DNA of 64,000 nucleotides from an uncultured Bacteroidales bacterium (lineage in GTDB: Bacteria > Bacteroidota > Bacteroidia > Bacteroidales > VadinHA17). The DNA is taken from assembly GCA_963806555.1 (NCBI GenBank), contig CAWDYR010000016.1:98108-162107 (forward strand). The letters are read 5' to 3'. Both the position numbers and the translations under genes were made by a program. The notes below the pieces were generated by a model, which saw only the letters and a list, made by a program, of their open reading frames with translations, was not told where the DNA came from and searched no databases. Positions within the stretch are counted from its first letter, which is position 1. Each line of letters begins with the position of its first letter. Positions 63,596 to 64,000 of this stretch are shown here, piece by piece.

Positions 63596-63879
63596 AGGGA
63601 GCGAGGGAGCGAGGGAGCGAGGGAGCGATGGAGCGAGGGAGCGAGGGAGAGATGGAGCGAGGGAGCGAGGGAGCGAGGGAGCGAGGGAGCGAGGGACGAT
63701 GGAGCGAGGGAGCGATGGAGCGAGGGAGCGAGGGAGCGATGGAGCGAGGGAGCGATGCGCAGGGCATCAGGGCACAGAGCCAGGGCTAGAGCGCAGGGAG
63801 CGGGGAGCAGGGAGCAGGGGAGCGAGGGAGCGAGGGAGACGATGGGAGCGATGGAGCGAGGGAGCGAGGGAGCGAGGGA
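63596..63879 (+). repeat. 8-bp tandem array (GAGGGAGC)n with GATGGAGC variants and a degenerate centre
   Basis: Direct reading shows period 8, which is not a multiple of 3. The plus strand is purine-rich and I count 28 G3+ tracts. The array is interrupted by related G-rich sequence at about 63757-63800. Confidence 0.9.
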
Positions 63880-63921
63880 CTCTGCGAAACTCTGCGGATT
63901 TAAATCTGCGAAACTCTGCGA
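63880..63921. repeat. CTCTGCG word repeat (member of the CTYTGYG family)
   Basis: CTCTGCGaaaCTCTGCGGatttaaatCTGCGaaaCTCTGCGag directly abuts the 8-mer array. Confidence 0.75.
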
Positions 63922-64000
63922 GAAATAAAAAGTTCCATGGATACACCAGACTCTTTGCTACCAACTGCCTGCAACGTGCTTTCTGATGACAACTCAAAGT

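Noticed and set aside
63570-63997. ORFs 63570-63767(-), 63574-63789(+), 63699-63986(+) and 63767-63997(-), encoding SLPRS/ERGSEG-type repeats
   Set aside because: They lie entirely in the 8-bp tandem array. The period is not a multiple of 3, all frames and both strands are open, and the peptides are pure repeat translation. I treat them as artefacts.

Overview
The window looks like a chromosomal segment of a Bacteroidota genome. Three things support this: a type-B T9SS C-terminal sorting domain, a FeoA-FeoB fusion, and TAnnTTTG -7 boxes upstream of several genes. Most of it is housekeeping: folP, tmk, tpiA, uvrA, serC-serA, gcvT, clpB, guaA, rnz, rpsA, cdaA, feoAB and one tRNA-Pro(TGG). I count about 49 protein genes. 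About 23 of them are interrupted as assembled (roughly 45 frameshifts plus one in-frame TAG), and the interruptions cluster in blocks. The four sites I checked are single-base length changes in short mononucleotide runs, so consensus error is at least as likely as real decay. Five observations stand out. (1) A roughly 360-bp intergenic element built from six hairpins in mirror order, with inverted termini, occurs as 4 full copies, 1 internally deleted copy and 2 partial copies. No transposase for it is visible. (2) A solitary IS200/IS605-type Y1 (RAYT-like) transposase gene is bracketed by three small hairpins with GTAG/CTAC loops, a REPtron-like layout. (3) tRNA-Pro has a decayed 5'-half copy upstream and three tandem copies of its 3' end downstream. 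An AT-rich 1.4-kb insert follows, carrying a translationally coupled 57-aa + 210-aa cassette. The larger protein shows an H..Y..Q ADP-ribosyltransferase-like motif order and resembles DUF3990 from memory. (4) A family of short-word repeats (CTYTGYG) forms long hairpin arrays between genes. (5) A roughly 285-bp (GAGGGAGC)n array with 28 G3+ tracts lies upstream of rpsA. I found no CRISPR array, rRNA, integrase or prophage. All family names come from motif recognition by eye, not from searches.
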